Sequence record: NC_024125.2
Reading direction: 5' to 3' (one strand)
Length of the DNA stretch: 64,000 nt
Origin: Escherichia phage vB_EcoM_112
The first letter of the stretch is position 1, and every line of letters starts with the position of its first letter. This document shows, piece after piece, positions 20,977 through 32,314 of this stretch. A program made the translations under genes and the position numbers. The notes below the pieces were generated by a model. The model did no database searches and was not told the origin of the DNA. It saw nothing but the letters and a program-made list of their open reading frames with translations.

Positions 20977-21815
20977 TAGAATGCTCCTTGGAAAATATTA
21001 TCACCACTAGTAGGTCTATTATACAAATACTCTATACCGCCGGGTTTAATATAGTTCCATGTCTGAAACGGATGTGTCTGATATGGATGATATAGATGAT
21101 TATAAGGATTAAATCCAGGAGTTCTCCAGGTAGTGTTCCAAGGAAAAGAATCGTTTTTAATCATCTTTTCAATTACATCTTTTATAGCTTTTTCACTATC
21201 AAAACTTTCTTTATTTTCCTTCGGTGAAAAAAGCTTATTCTCTACATCGTTCCATGTATAAACTCGCTGAGCAGTTTTTGGAATACTGTCACGTTCCCCT
21301 CGAGCCATCCAATAAACAGGAACATTTAATATTTCACTCGCGTGATCGCAGTGGTGAGCGAGATCGTCAATATAACAAATCACGTTATATTTCTCTTTTG
21401 CCTTTTTAAACAACTCTTCTTTTGAAGAATCATGACCACACATCAGTACTTCTGAGAAGGCACCAGGAAAAAGAGCATTCAAATTAAATTGACGATTCAG
21501 CAGAGCGTCAATAGAATCACCCAATGCTGTAACAGCTACAAAATTATAATCTTCTTTTAATTTGTTAATTACACACAGGGCATCTTTATATGGAGACAAG
21601 TAACGAATAAAATCTGAACGATTGTATTTTTCAATTAACTTGACGCCAAGTTCTTCATCACAATTAAAAAGTTTACCAGGAGAAATAAATTTTTCATCTT
21701 GGATCATTTTTAAAATATGTTCCAATGGAAGATTATATTTCTGAGCAAAATAAGGAAGGCCTGATTGCCAGCTTAAACATACTCCATCAATATCAGTTAA
21801 AATAGTAGGCTTCAT
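20976..21815 (-). CDS. HAD-superfamily hydrolase / 5'-deoxynucleotidase-like protein (30.2 position)
   Basis: 279 aa; N-terminal ILTDIDGVC matches HAD motif I (DxDGV). Confidence 0.7.
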   Translation of the reverse strand: MKPTILTDIDGVCLSWQSGLPYFAQKYNLPLEHILKMIQDEKFISPGKLFNCDEELGVKLIEKYNRSDFIRYLSPYKDALCVINKLKEDYNFVAVTALGDSIDALLNRQFNLNALFPGAFSEVLMCGHDSSKEELFKKAKEKYNVICYIDDLAHHCDHASEILNVPVYWMARGERDSIPKTAQRVYTWNDVENKLFSPKENKESFDSEKAIKDVIEKMIKNDSFPWNTTWRTPGFNPYNHLYHPYQTHPFQTWNYIKPGGIEYLYNRPTSGDNIFQGAF

Positions 21816-22276
21816 AGAGAGTCTCTTAATAGGTTTAACACATCAATAAATTCAGCTTCGGTTAGTATTGTATCATCTTTTGTTAGACCACTAGCCATGC
21901 TGTGCTTCAAAACTTTTCCTTTCGAGGCTTGTAATGCATCACGAAAGCCCTTGTTTTGGATTGCTGCTTCAAAATATGCATTTGTGTATAATTCTTTCCA
22001 CGCCGGGGAGTATCTTGAAAACGGAACTCCAAGCCAGAAGAGGGTCCCACGGTCCTGAGCTCTAGCATAAGACCTTCCAGCTTGTTGAGCGGCAAGCCCG
22101 GATAACCCAAATATACGACGTTGTTGTTCAACATTTTTCACCTTGCATCCTTGGAGGAATCCTTCAAGACCTCCAAATTGAATACCATCCATAACGAAAG
22201 GCCATTGGGCGAAATTACTTAATGCACATGATGGCCACCTAAAATTGCTTCTAATCTCTAACTCAGACATTTTCAA
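21812..22276 (-). CDS. NADAR (YbiA/DUF1768-like) domain protein (30.3 position)
   Basis: 154 aa; LSNFAQWPFVMDGIQFGGLEGFLQGCK resembles YbiA/NADAR core (SNFxxWP...DG...E.fQ..K). Confidence 0.65.
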   Translation of the reverse strand: MKMSELEIRSNFRWPSCALSNFAQWPFVMDGIQFGGLEGFLQGCKVKNVEQQRRIFGLSGLAAQQAGRSYARAQDRGTLFWLGVPFSRYSPAWKELYTNAYFEAAIQNKGFRDALQASKGKVLKHSMASGLTKDDTILTEAEFIDVLNLLRDSL

Positions 22277-22469
22277 TGCTTATAATTTCAACATCAGCCC
22301 AATGACCATAGCAAGGAAGACGAAATTCAACTGGCCAGTTAGGGTCCTTTTCTAATATAATAGACTCAACTCGTGGTTCTTCATGTTCATCAGTATATGG
22401 ATTTTTATCTGTTACTTTATATGTGACCTTAATGTACTGAATTCCAAAAATCTTATTAATTATATTCAT
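22263..22469 (-). CDS. Hypothetical 68-aa protein
   Basis: ORF in operon, overlapping starts/stops. Confidence 0.5.
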   Translation of the reverse strand: MNIINKIFGIQYIKVTYKVTDKNPYTDEHEEPRVESIILEKDPNWPVEFRLPCYGHWADVEIISIENV

Positions 22470-22663
22470 ACTAATTCCTTTAATCCGTAGATAGGAGATA
22501 ATTCATCGCCCATATGAAGGTCTTCATTTCCATCTACCCAAGAAACAATATAAGCCTCTTTTACTTGAACATCTCCCAATTTAAATGCGGGTAAAACCTT
22601 AGAAATTAATCCAGGTATACCAACTCCCTTTAATTCAACGGTTTGACCTAAAAAGAATTTCAT
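22466..22663 (-). CDS. Hypothetical 65-aa protein
   Basis: ORF in operon. Confidence 0.5.
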   Translation of the reverse strand: MKFFLGQTVELKGVGIPGLISKVLPAFKLGDVQVKEAYIVSWVDGNEDLHMGDELSPIYGLKELV

Positions 22664-22953
22664 TAGAACCTCATCTGAAACCCATGTGATTTAACATTAC
22701 CGCCATTAATATCAGAACTATTAATTTCGCGTGCAATTGAGGGATCAATGTCAATTTCACGATTGAGTTTAGCGATAGCTAGAGTATCACGCCCATTTAC
22801 AGTACGAAACTCTAAAGGGCAGACTGCATTAACATAGTTTTTAATCGATTCACTGGTAGGTTGCAAATGAGCAGGAAGGTCTTTAGGCGCCTTAGAGAAA
22901 ACCACTTCACAGAAATTTTTGCGGGTATCAAAATAAGTAGTCATAAACATAGT
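22663..22953 (-). CDS. Hypothetical protein (start moved to MFMTTYF)
   Basis: SD GAGGAAAA 7 nt upstream of ATG at 22953; the longer track ORF would run through terminator hairpin 22967-22982. Confidence 0.55.
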   Translation of the reverse strand, partial: TMFMTTYFDTRKNFCEVVFSKAPKDLPAHLQPTSESIKNYVNAVCPLEFRTVNGRDTLAIAKLNREIDIDPSIAREINSSDINGGNVKSHGFQMRF

Positions 22954-22966
22954 ATTTTCCTCAGTA

Positions 22967-22982
22967 AGGGGCCGAAGCCCCT
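22967..22982 (-). terminator. Hairpin terminator within the 30.x cluster
   Basis: AGGGGCCGAAGCCCCT. Confidence 0.6.
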
Positions 22983-22990
22983 GTTTTATT

Positions 22991-23356
22991 TTAAATATCA
23001 AATTCGTTAAGAACTACATCAAAGATTGCTTCAAGATGCTCAGGTTTAGCTCTGTTACTCAGAATATGACGAATCCAAGTTTTAACCAGAAGCTTACGAT
23101 TGACGCCATTCCAGCAAGGATGAGTCCCTAAATCACGTTGACGAAAATCATCATCTAATGCGATTTTAAAAGAAGAACCTTCTTTCGTGATTGAAACCGT
23201 GATGCCATTTTCAAATCGCATATAAACGTAGTTAGGAGTCATATACTGTTCAATTTCGCATACTGATCCATTTTGATGTTTCCAAAGGCAGATAGTATCA
23301 ATAGAACCTGCAATACCGTTAGAAACATATTTACGTTCAAAGTTGATGTAGTTCAT
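22991..23356 (-). CDS. Hypothetical 121-aa protein
   Basis: Preceded by early promoter (GTTTAC-17-TATTAT) at 23393-23422 and SD GGAGAA. Confidence 0.6.
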   Translation of the reverse strand: MNYINFERKYVSNGIAGSIDTICLWKHQNGSVCEIEQYMTPNYVYMRFENGITVSITKEGSSFKIALDDDFRQRDLGTHPCWNGVNRKLLVKTWIRHILSNRAKPEHLEAIFDVVLNEFDI

Positions 23357-23392
23357 TTTTATTCTCCGAGATGTTTAATTGCGGTACAGATA

Positions 23393-23422
23393 TATAATAT
23401 CATATCCTGTACCAAAGTAAAC
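23393..23422 (-). promoter_or_regulatory. Early promoter GTTTAC-17-TATTAT
   Basis: Sigma-70 / T4 early consensus upstream of ORF 22991-23356. Confidence 0.6.
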
Positions 23423-23424
23423 AA

Positions 23425-23757
23425 TTATTTTACTACTTTCCAATGCTTCATGTCAAGTTTACCAACTTTTTTCATCTTCTCAATTAAGCGTTCGGCACGT
23501 TGGCGAGCTGTAACATAATACCATTCACCTAATTCATTTTGTTCAATTTTTCCAACGATTACTGTATTCAATTCATAAATCCAACCAGTAAAGAAATTAT
23601 GAACTTGGATTGTAAAGGTGAAATCTGTTCCCATACCTTCTGTTGTTTCTACTTCAATAATATCACCTTCAACTGCCATTAAGAACCACATAGTTTCATC
23701 ATATTTACCATTGAAGCATTTAGTTTTAACTGTAGCGTTCAGATTAATCGTTTTCAT
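23425..23757 (-). CDS. Hypothetical 110-aa protein
   Basis: ORF with SD AAGGAG upstream. Confidence 0.6.
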   Translation of the reverse strand: MKTINLNATVKTKCFNGKYDETMWFLMAVEGDIIEVETTEGMGTDFTFTIQVHNFFTGWIYELNTVIVGKIEQNELGEWYYVTARQRAERLIEKMKKVGKLDMKHWKVVK

Positions 23758-23843
23758 TTTATTCTCCTTTGTTTGTGTAAGATAATACTATCACAAAGGA
23801 ACCGTACTGTAAACAACTTTATGCAATCTTTGGAAAATAAAAA

Positions 23844-23863
23844 AGGACTCCCGAAGGAGTCCT
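23844..23863 (-). terminator. Hairpin terminator
   Basis: AGGACTCCCGAAGGAGTCCT with flanking A/T runs. Confidence 0.65.
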
Positions 23864-23867
23864 CAAC

Positions 23868-24044
23868 TTATGCTTTCTGCTTACCAAAACGAGAAGCATC
23901 ATCTCGAAGAACCGCACGTGCTCGGCGCATGATCTTCTCAACAGTTTGATTGATACGAGAGTTCGACCCACGCTTGTAGCCAGCGCGTTTAGAATCACCA
24001 ACTTTCTTTTCAACTGCTTTCTTTGCTTTAGCTTGTTTTGCCAT
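23868..24044 (-). CDS. Small basic protein (MAKQAKAKKAVEKK...)
   Basis: Start moved to internal ATG preceded by SD AAGAG; lysine/arginine rich. Confidence 0.5.
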   Translation of the reverse strand: MAKQAKAKKAVEKKVGDSKRAGYKRGSNSRINQTVEKIMRRARAVLRDDASRFGKQKA

Positions 24045-24332
24045 TATAAATTCTCTTTTAAATGAAAATGCAGGACTTATTGGCATTGCCTGCGCAAGCC
24101 CTCAAGGGGAACATAGGTTTTGAATATTTACCGACAGGATAACCATAAACCTCGTCAACATACCACCAAGACTTACACAGATAACACTTTTCTGACGCAT
24201 GATAGTAACATTCAAGAGGTACACCATAAAACTGCCGGGGTCTTAAAACTATAATGATTCGCAAATCATTAATCAGACAGTTCGATGGCTCCTCGATTTT
24301 AGCTCACACTAAGGCAGTGAATCTCCAATAAA

Positions 24333-24581
24333 TTACTTCAGTGTTACCACAAAGTGACGAACTGCTTTTCGTGCAGCAGAAGCCAAAGGCTTAGCATACT
24401 TAAGTTCATCTTTTTCCTGGAGCTCAGCAGCTAATGCAGTTTGAGCAGGATTTAGATGTTTGAAATAACGCAGGATTTCAAGAGCTTCGGCTTCAACATC
24501 AATAGATGCGCCATAGTTTTCGTGACCATTATTCCATGCGTTTCGTTGCAGTTCAAGAGCGTGTTGTAATTGTTTAATCAT
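24333..24581 (-). CDS. rIII: rIII lysis inhibition accessory protein
   Basis: 82 aa (T4 rIII length); position between 30.x cluster and gene 31. Confidence 0.82.
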   Translation of the reverse strand: MIKQLQHALELQRNAWNNGHENYGASIDVEAEALEILRYFKHLNPAQTALAAELQEKDELKYAKPLASAARKAVRHFVVTLK

Positions 24582-24728
24582 TTAAAAATTCTCGTTAGAG
24601 ATTAAAACTCGGTAGTCACGTTCTTCTGAATTTCATCTTCTTTCGACAGATCTCTCAGTTGTAGACTACCACATAGAATTGTTCGGTTAACTTATTATTC
24701 CGACACCCAATTCATATTATTATTTATA

Positions 24729-25064
24729 TCACTTATAAAGACATGGAATAGCTTTATAGTGACAAGTAACGAATTTTTGTTTAATTTCTTTTGGCTGCTT
24801 AAGACCCAGAGCTACAAAAGGATGCGGAACATTTCGAATTTGACCAACTGGAAGAGAAGTCAAATCACCAACTTCGCAGAAACCTTCAGGAACATCAGGA
24901 CCAACAGAGTGAACTACACACAATTCAGGAACTTCACCTTGAACACGTTTACCGATAATAAGCCCTGATTCTGTGACTTCTTCATCGCCAGCTTGTGCAG
25001 GTTCAGAAACTAAAATAACATATTCACCGACAGCACGAATTGGTAGCTGTTGTACTTCAGACAT
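24729..25064 (-). CDS. 31: gp31 co-chaperonin (GroES analog)
   Basis: 111 aa; matches remembered T4 gp31 ([18 protein letters not shown]...). Confidence 0.92.
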
Positions 25065-25120
25065 CGTTTTTCCTTTTTGTTAACAGATGAATTAATAATA
25101 ACAAATAATTCTTAAAGCAT

Positions 25121-25429
25121 TTATTTACCAATAAATTGGAGCAAATGCTCAACTTTCATACCATTAACGGAAATCAATTTGTCAATAGAAAAACCTCGCC
25201 ATGCGCCAAGTTCAACATCAAATACTGGAATCATGTCAGTAGATTCTTTCCGAGTAGATTCAGTCAATTTACCAGTTTGCATGGTTGGCATAAAGTCTGC
25301 ATCACGAGTACCTTTCATAGTACGAATAGTACCATCAGACTTTTCAAAAACTACGTTTGAAACACCCATGGACAATTTAGTTTTCAAAATTTCGCGAATT
25401 GCTACTTTCTGCTCAGTTGTCAGTTTCAT
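25121..25429 (-). CDS. Hypothetical protein (31.1 position)
   Basis: 102-aa ORF. Confidence 0.6.
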   Translation of the reverse strand: MKLTTEQKVAIREILKTKLSMGVSNVVFEKSDGTIRTMKGTRDADFMPTMQTGKLTESTRKESTDMIPVFDVELGAWRGFSIDKLISVNGMKVEHLLQFIGK

Positions 25430-25669
25430 TTATTTACCTATTACAGTTTTAATATGAGTTGTTCCACGTTCTTTAAGGGTGGAAAGTAATTTTTGGCATT
25501 TTTCTAAATCAGATTTCCAACTATATGGTTTATCAATACAAACCCAATTTGTCTTATAATACTGTTTCCATTTAGAGAAAAAATATTTCTTATACTCTAC
25601 AGCAAATGAGATGTTCTCATTAGAATAAGAACTAATTGCTGTGAGCTTTACCAAACGAAATTTCATCAT
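25430..25669 (-). CDS. Hypothetical protein (31.2 position)
   Basis: 79-aa ORF coupled to cd. Confidence 0.55.
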   Translation of the reverse strand: MMKFRLVKLTAISSYSNENISFAVEYKKYFFSKWKQYYKTNWVCIDKPYSWKSDLEKCQKLLSTLKERGTTHIKTVIGK

Positions 25670-26247
25670 TCACCACAGAATTCGTTGATATTTTCCCAGT
25701 TTAACTTATTCAAGTTTTTCTTAGGAACATTAAACACTTCAATACCTGCATTTCGCAAAATATCATCCCAACCAGGTTTATTTTTATCATATGTTTCGCA
25801 ATAAACCAGCTTTTTAATACCAGATTGAGCTATCGCTTTTGCACAATCTGGACAAGGAGAAAGTGTTACATACATAGTAGCACCTTCAATAGAAGAACCA
25901 TTTCGTGCAGCAAACAAAATTGCATTTAATTCAGCATGAATTTCATTTTTAGATGACCATTCCGAGTGAGCGCTGCGGTGTTCTTTCGCCAAGACAAAAC
26001 GATCAGTTGAACCAAATGATACACATTCAGGCTTATGACCTTGAATGATAGTATGTTTAGGCTTATTCAATAACCAACCTTGCTCAGCAGCATAATCACA
26101 ACAGTTCACACCCCCTGCGGGTGAACCATTATACCCAGTAGAAATAATACGTCCATTCTTTTCAATTACTGCTCCTACCTTCCAGGAGCAACATTTTGAT
26201 TCTTGTGATACTAAATATGCAATTTGAAGTACTGTACTCGCTTTCAT
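25666..26247 (-). CDS. cd: dCMP deaminase
   Basis: 193 aa; cytidine/deoxycytidylate deaminase zinc motifs HAELNAI and PCPDCAKAI. Confidence 0.9.
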   Translation of the reverse strand: MKASTVLQIAYLVSQESKCCSWKVGAVIEKNGRIISTGYNGSPAGGVNCCDYAAEQGWLLNKPKHTIIQGHKPECVSFGSTDRFVLAKEHRSAHSEWSSKNEIHAELNAILFAARNGSSIEGATMYVTLSPCPDCAKAIAQSGIKKLVYCETYDKNKPGWDDILRNAGIEVFNVPKKNLNKLNWENINEFCGE

Positions 26248-26582
26248 TTCATAATCACCAGATAAGCAGATTTAGCAGTTTCAACACGATAAATTTCGTG
26301 ACGAAGTTTAGTTATACTTTTAATAACAGAACTAATTATATTCTGCCCATCTTTAAAGCGGTTTTTCTTATCAATAAAAACTGCGCCAGTCATCTTTTTG
26401 TGAAGCTCAACTGGATACTTCGTCACAATAATAGCATCATATACAGAAGGATGAATACTATTTACTAGAGTGTCATTCATTAAAGTTATTCTAATGAACT
26501 GTGCCGTTTCAGAGTCAAGCGCTCTATGATCGCCAGTATCATTTTCAAGACAATTATCAATTATATCAGTTAAATTCATCAT
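26244..26582 (-). CDS. Hypothetical protein (cd.1 position)
   Basis: 112-aa ORF. Confidence 0.55.
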   Translation of the reverse strand: MMNLTDIIDNCLENDTGDHRALDSETAQFIRITLMNDTLVNSIHPSVYDAIIVTKYPVELHKKMTGAVFIDKKNRFKDGQNIISSVIKSITKLRHEIYRVETAKSAYLVIMK

Positions 26583-26818
26583 AGTACGCCATACACCCTT
26601 TGTGCTTCAACTAATCCATCAAAATCTAATTTAAGATGCGATATTTGATCGCCATCACCTGGATTCACAATTACTAATACTGAGCGAGGAGTTTCGGTAA
26701 TAACACGAACCGATGTTTCAGGAAATCGTTCAGAAACCTTATTTACCAATTCCTGTGCAAATAGCTTAACTTTTTCTTGGAATTCTTTAACAGTAATCGG
26801 TTTTTCACTTAACAGCAT
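26579..26818 (-). CDS. Hypothetical protein (cd.2 position)
   Basis: 79-aa ORF; early promoter at 26848-26877. Confidence 0.55.
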   Translation of the reverse strand: MLLSEKPITVKEFQEKVKLFAQELVNKVSERFPETSVRVITETPRSVLVIVNPGDGDQISHLKLDFDGLVEAQRVYGVL

Positions 26819-26847
26819 TTTGTTTTCCTCATTTGTTTGGTAGAGCT

Positions 26848-26877
26848 ATAATATCACAACTCTACCGTAAAGTAAAC
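26848..26877 (-). promoter_or_regulatory. Early promoter GTTTAC-18-TATTAT with -10 inside an inverted repeat
   Basis: Upstream of ORF 26579-26818; -10 lies between 7-bp inverted repeats GGTAGAG/CTCTACC. Confidence 0.55.
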
Positions 26878-26879
26878 TA

Positions 26880-27185
26880 TTAAATTGCTTTGAATTCTGC
26901 TGTCTGCGATTCAAAACGAATATCGCCTTGGATAACTAGCTCAGCATCAAGACCGAATACAACAATGATATGTGCAGAACCTGGATACAGCGTAATTGCA
27001 ATAGAATCCACCTGGTCTGGAAGCAAAGTGTTCAATACATGAGTCACTTGAGCATGGATTCGAAGTTCGGCTGCGTTATCAAGCTTTTCAAACATATTAT
27101 TAGCGATAATTTGACTAAACACTACTTCTACGATTTTAGAATAAGTCGGAAACATATTTACCTCACATAATTTTCTTCGAGCCAA
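26880..27185 (-). CDS. Hypothetical protein (cd.3 position)
   Basis: 101-aa ORF. Confidence 0.55.
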   Translation of the reverse strand: MARRKLCEVNMFPTYSKIVEVVFSQIIANNMFEKLDNAAELRIHAQVTHVLNTLLPDQVDSIAITLYPGSAHIIVVFGLDAELVIQGDIRFESQTAEFKAI

Positions 27186-27350
27186 TCAATAACATCCAAC
27201 GCATTATCAAAAGTTGAACCATCTACTTTGTCTTCTGTTTCATAATCAAGAACATCTAAACCTACTCTTCCATCAACAATAGGCCATAAACAAAACAGGT
27301 ATTTCTTTTCTTTTTCAATTTTATCGCAAAGACGATAAATCTTTTCTATG

Positions 27351-27358
<8 letters not shown>
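27158..27358 (-). CDS. Hypothetical protein (cd.4 position)
   Basis: 66-aa ORF. Confidence 0.5.
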
Positions 27359-28764
<1,406 letters not shown>

Positions 28765-28992
28765 TTATTTTTTCTCAACCAGTGATTGAATATAATCATG
28801 CAGGTCTTTAGATGCTTTGCCCCACTTATTTTGATATTCATTTTTGAGATTAGCACGTGATTGAGCTAATAAAACATCATTAGTTGGAGGTAAAGATTCT
28901 AACCGCTGAATTTGGCGTCCATAAATCATTGCTGCCATCTCGGATTCATAAATCAATCCTTTGAGATGTTCAAATTGATGCCATGAAATCAT
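28765..28992 (-). CDS. Hypothetical protein (pseT.2 position)
   Basis: 75-aa ORF. Confidence 0.5.
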   Translation of the reverse strand: MISWHQFEHLKGLIYESEMAAMIYGRQIQRLESLPPTNDVLLAQSRANLKNEYQNKWGKASKDLHDYIQSLVEKK

Positions 28993-29288
28993 TTACATTT
29001 ATCCTCTTTTAACTCTTGACGATAATAACATATCATAGTTTTCTGGTCATGTACATATCGTTTTACATCATTAAGCCAAATACGGAATTCCTGAGAATCT
29101 TCAAATGGCATACCGACCCAAGCTTTACCATCGATAACTTTAACTTGCCAAGATAGTTTAGCTTCGTCATATGACTTTATTTGTACAGGCCAATTAGGAT
29201 GAACTGTTTCTTTCTTTACTTCTAGAGGCTTTGTCGAACAACCAACTAGAAGACCAATAGATAATATTACTGCTGATAGTTTAATCAT
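28989..29288 (-). CDS. Predicted lipoprotein
   Basis: N-terminus MIKLSAVILSIGLLVGCS = signal peptide with lipobox L-V-G-C. Confidence 0.6.
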   Translation of the reverse strand: MIKLSAVILSIGLLVGCSTKPLEVKKETVHPNWPVQIKSYDEAKLSWQVKVIDGKAWVGMPFEDSQEFRIWLNDVKRYVHDQKTMICYYRQELKEDKCK

Positions 29289-29638
29289 TTAGAAAGGTCC
29301 TGGATGTCTTCTGCGAACTTGTTGAAGGAGTTGTTGATTTGTTTTTCAACCAATCCTGGCTTATGAGCCACCACATCCGCCTTCTTTGCGGCTTTGCGCA
29401 GTGTTTCATTTTCACGCTCAATAGCAGCAATTGCCTCACGATTTTTATTATTCATCGCATCAATATAATTATACTGAATTCGCAAATTATTTAATGCTAA
29501 AGCGTTTTCATTGGCTGTTTTTGTAATTTCAGTAACTGATGTTTCTAATCTTTCTACCTTATTTTTTAAAATAATAGATGTTCCGCCAAATGCTATTACA
29601 AGTAATAGCAATCCAGCTGTAAAATTACTTACATGCAT
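29285..29638 (-). CDS. Predicted membrane-anchored coiled-coil protein
   Basis: N-terminal hydrophobic helix LLLLVIAFGGTSIIL followed by heptad-rich sequence. Confidence 0.55.
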   Translation of the reverse strand: MHVSNFTAGLLLLVIAFGGTSIILKNKVERLETSVTEITKTANENALALNNLRIQYNYIDAMNNKNREAIAAIERENETLRKAAKKADVVAHKPGLVEKQINNSFNKFAEDIQDLSK

Positions 29639-30135
29639 AAAGTTTTAATAACCTCTATAATATCGTCTTGAGAAAGACCGTTAATTAAAATATGATGTTC
29701 AGCTGGAGATTTAGAAATTTTAAAGCATGCCTCAACATCTTCTGCCATATCCGATGCACTACGATTTGGATTACTAATCCCAAGGCGGTGTTTTCCCGTC
29801 AAAGGATTAACAATAATGTAGCATTTACAACTATTGATATGAACATTAGGCTGAGTCTGATTAATGAACACTTCACAATCATACTTAGCGAGTTGATTTT
29901 CTAAAAAGACTTTCATCTCTTCAACCGCATCAGGAAGCATATCACGGGCTTGCTCAAGACGACGATTTCGATATTCTTTAATGGTCGTTTTCCGCTTGAC
30001 TTGCTTAGCTAAATCTTTCTTAAGATCAGTGATATATCCAACTCGACGATTTCCTTTGAATACCGAAATCCCATCTGTAGTATCACCGTATGCTTCAACG
30101 ACCATTTCAGTAGTAATAAGCTGCAAATCCATCAT
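29629..30135 (-). CDS. alc: Alc, host transcription (unmodified-cytosine DNA) inhibitor
   Basis: 168-codon ORF (T4 Alc ~167 aa); early promoter cassette and SD GAGGA upstream. Confidence 0.78.
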   Translation of the reverse strand: MMDLQLITTEMVVEAYGDTTDGISVFKGNRRVGYITDLKKDLAKQVKRKTTIKEYRNRRLEQARDMLPDAVEEMKVFLENQLAKYDCEVFINQTQPNVHINSCKCYIIVNPLTGKHRLGISNPNRSASDMAEDVEACFKISKSPAEHHILINGLSQDDIIEVIKTLCM

Positions 30136-30139
30136 AAAG

Positions 30140-30193
30140 TCCTCATGTTATGTCAGTAAGACTACTATAACACAACACGAGGGACTTGTAAAC
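30140..30193. repeat. 54-bp perfect direct repeat, copy B
   Basis: Identical to 16547-16600. Confidence 0.9.
30164..30193 (-). promoter_or_regulatory. Early promoter upstream of alc, copy 2 of 54-bp repeat
   Basis: Identical to 16547-16600 over 54 bp. Confidence 0.6.
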
Positions 30194-30196
30194 AGC

Positions 30197-31784
<1,588 letters not shown>

Positions 31785-31811
31785 AATAAAATGGGCCTTA
31801 CGGCCCACTCC

Positions 31812-32314
31812 TTAAAAATATTTTTTAAAACTCATCATAACTTTATCATCAACATCATTATCAATCTGTGCAACAAGGTAAGATGACAGTTCTACTTCTT
31901 GTGGCGCGGATTGAACATTATCAGAATTAAGATATTCACGAATCCAAGGATACGGATGTTTAACCGGAGCATCGGTAATTGGGCATGGAAGACCACACTG
32001 TTTCATACGAGATACAGTTAAGTAATCAATAAAGCTCCACATGCTATTTGTATTTAATCCAGGAACATCGCCATCTTTAAATAAATGAACTGCCCAATCT
32101 TTTTCTTGGCGGTTAACTTCCATGAAAATATCAACTGCTTCTTGTTCACACTCTTGAGCAATTTTAACCCATTCATCGCCATCAGTGCCAAGTTGAAGTT
32201 GACGAATAATATATTGAGTGCCTTTAAGGTGAAGCTGCTCATCACGTGCAATGAACTTCATAATCTTGGCATTACCTTCCATGATTTCCATGTTCTTATG
32301 GAAGTTGAAAGTAC
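31812..32314 (-). CDS. nrdB: Ribonucleotide reductase beta subunit, exon 2
   Basis: MEIMEGNAKIMKFIARDEQLHLKGTQY aligns to E. coli NrdB [20 protein letters not shown]; exon start inferred at 32314 so that junction reads YVSFA-C-TFNF. Confidence 0.85.

Noticed and set aside
20728-21409. Plus-strand ORFs 20728-20979 and 21224-21409 in the 30.1/30.2 region, and 23273-23518, 24759-24968, 25136-25457
   Set aside because: Antisense to the minus-strand operon genes with overlapping coordinates; no promoter or RBS; hydrophobic low-complexity translations.
24058-24264. 68-codon Cys-rich ORF with TTG start
   Set aside because: Non-ATG start, no convincing RBS, no synteny support; kept only as a note under the ORF-poor region finding.
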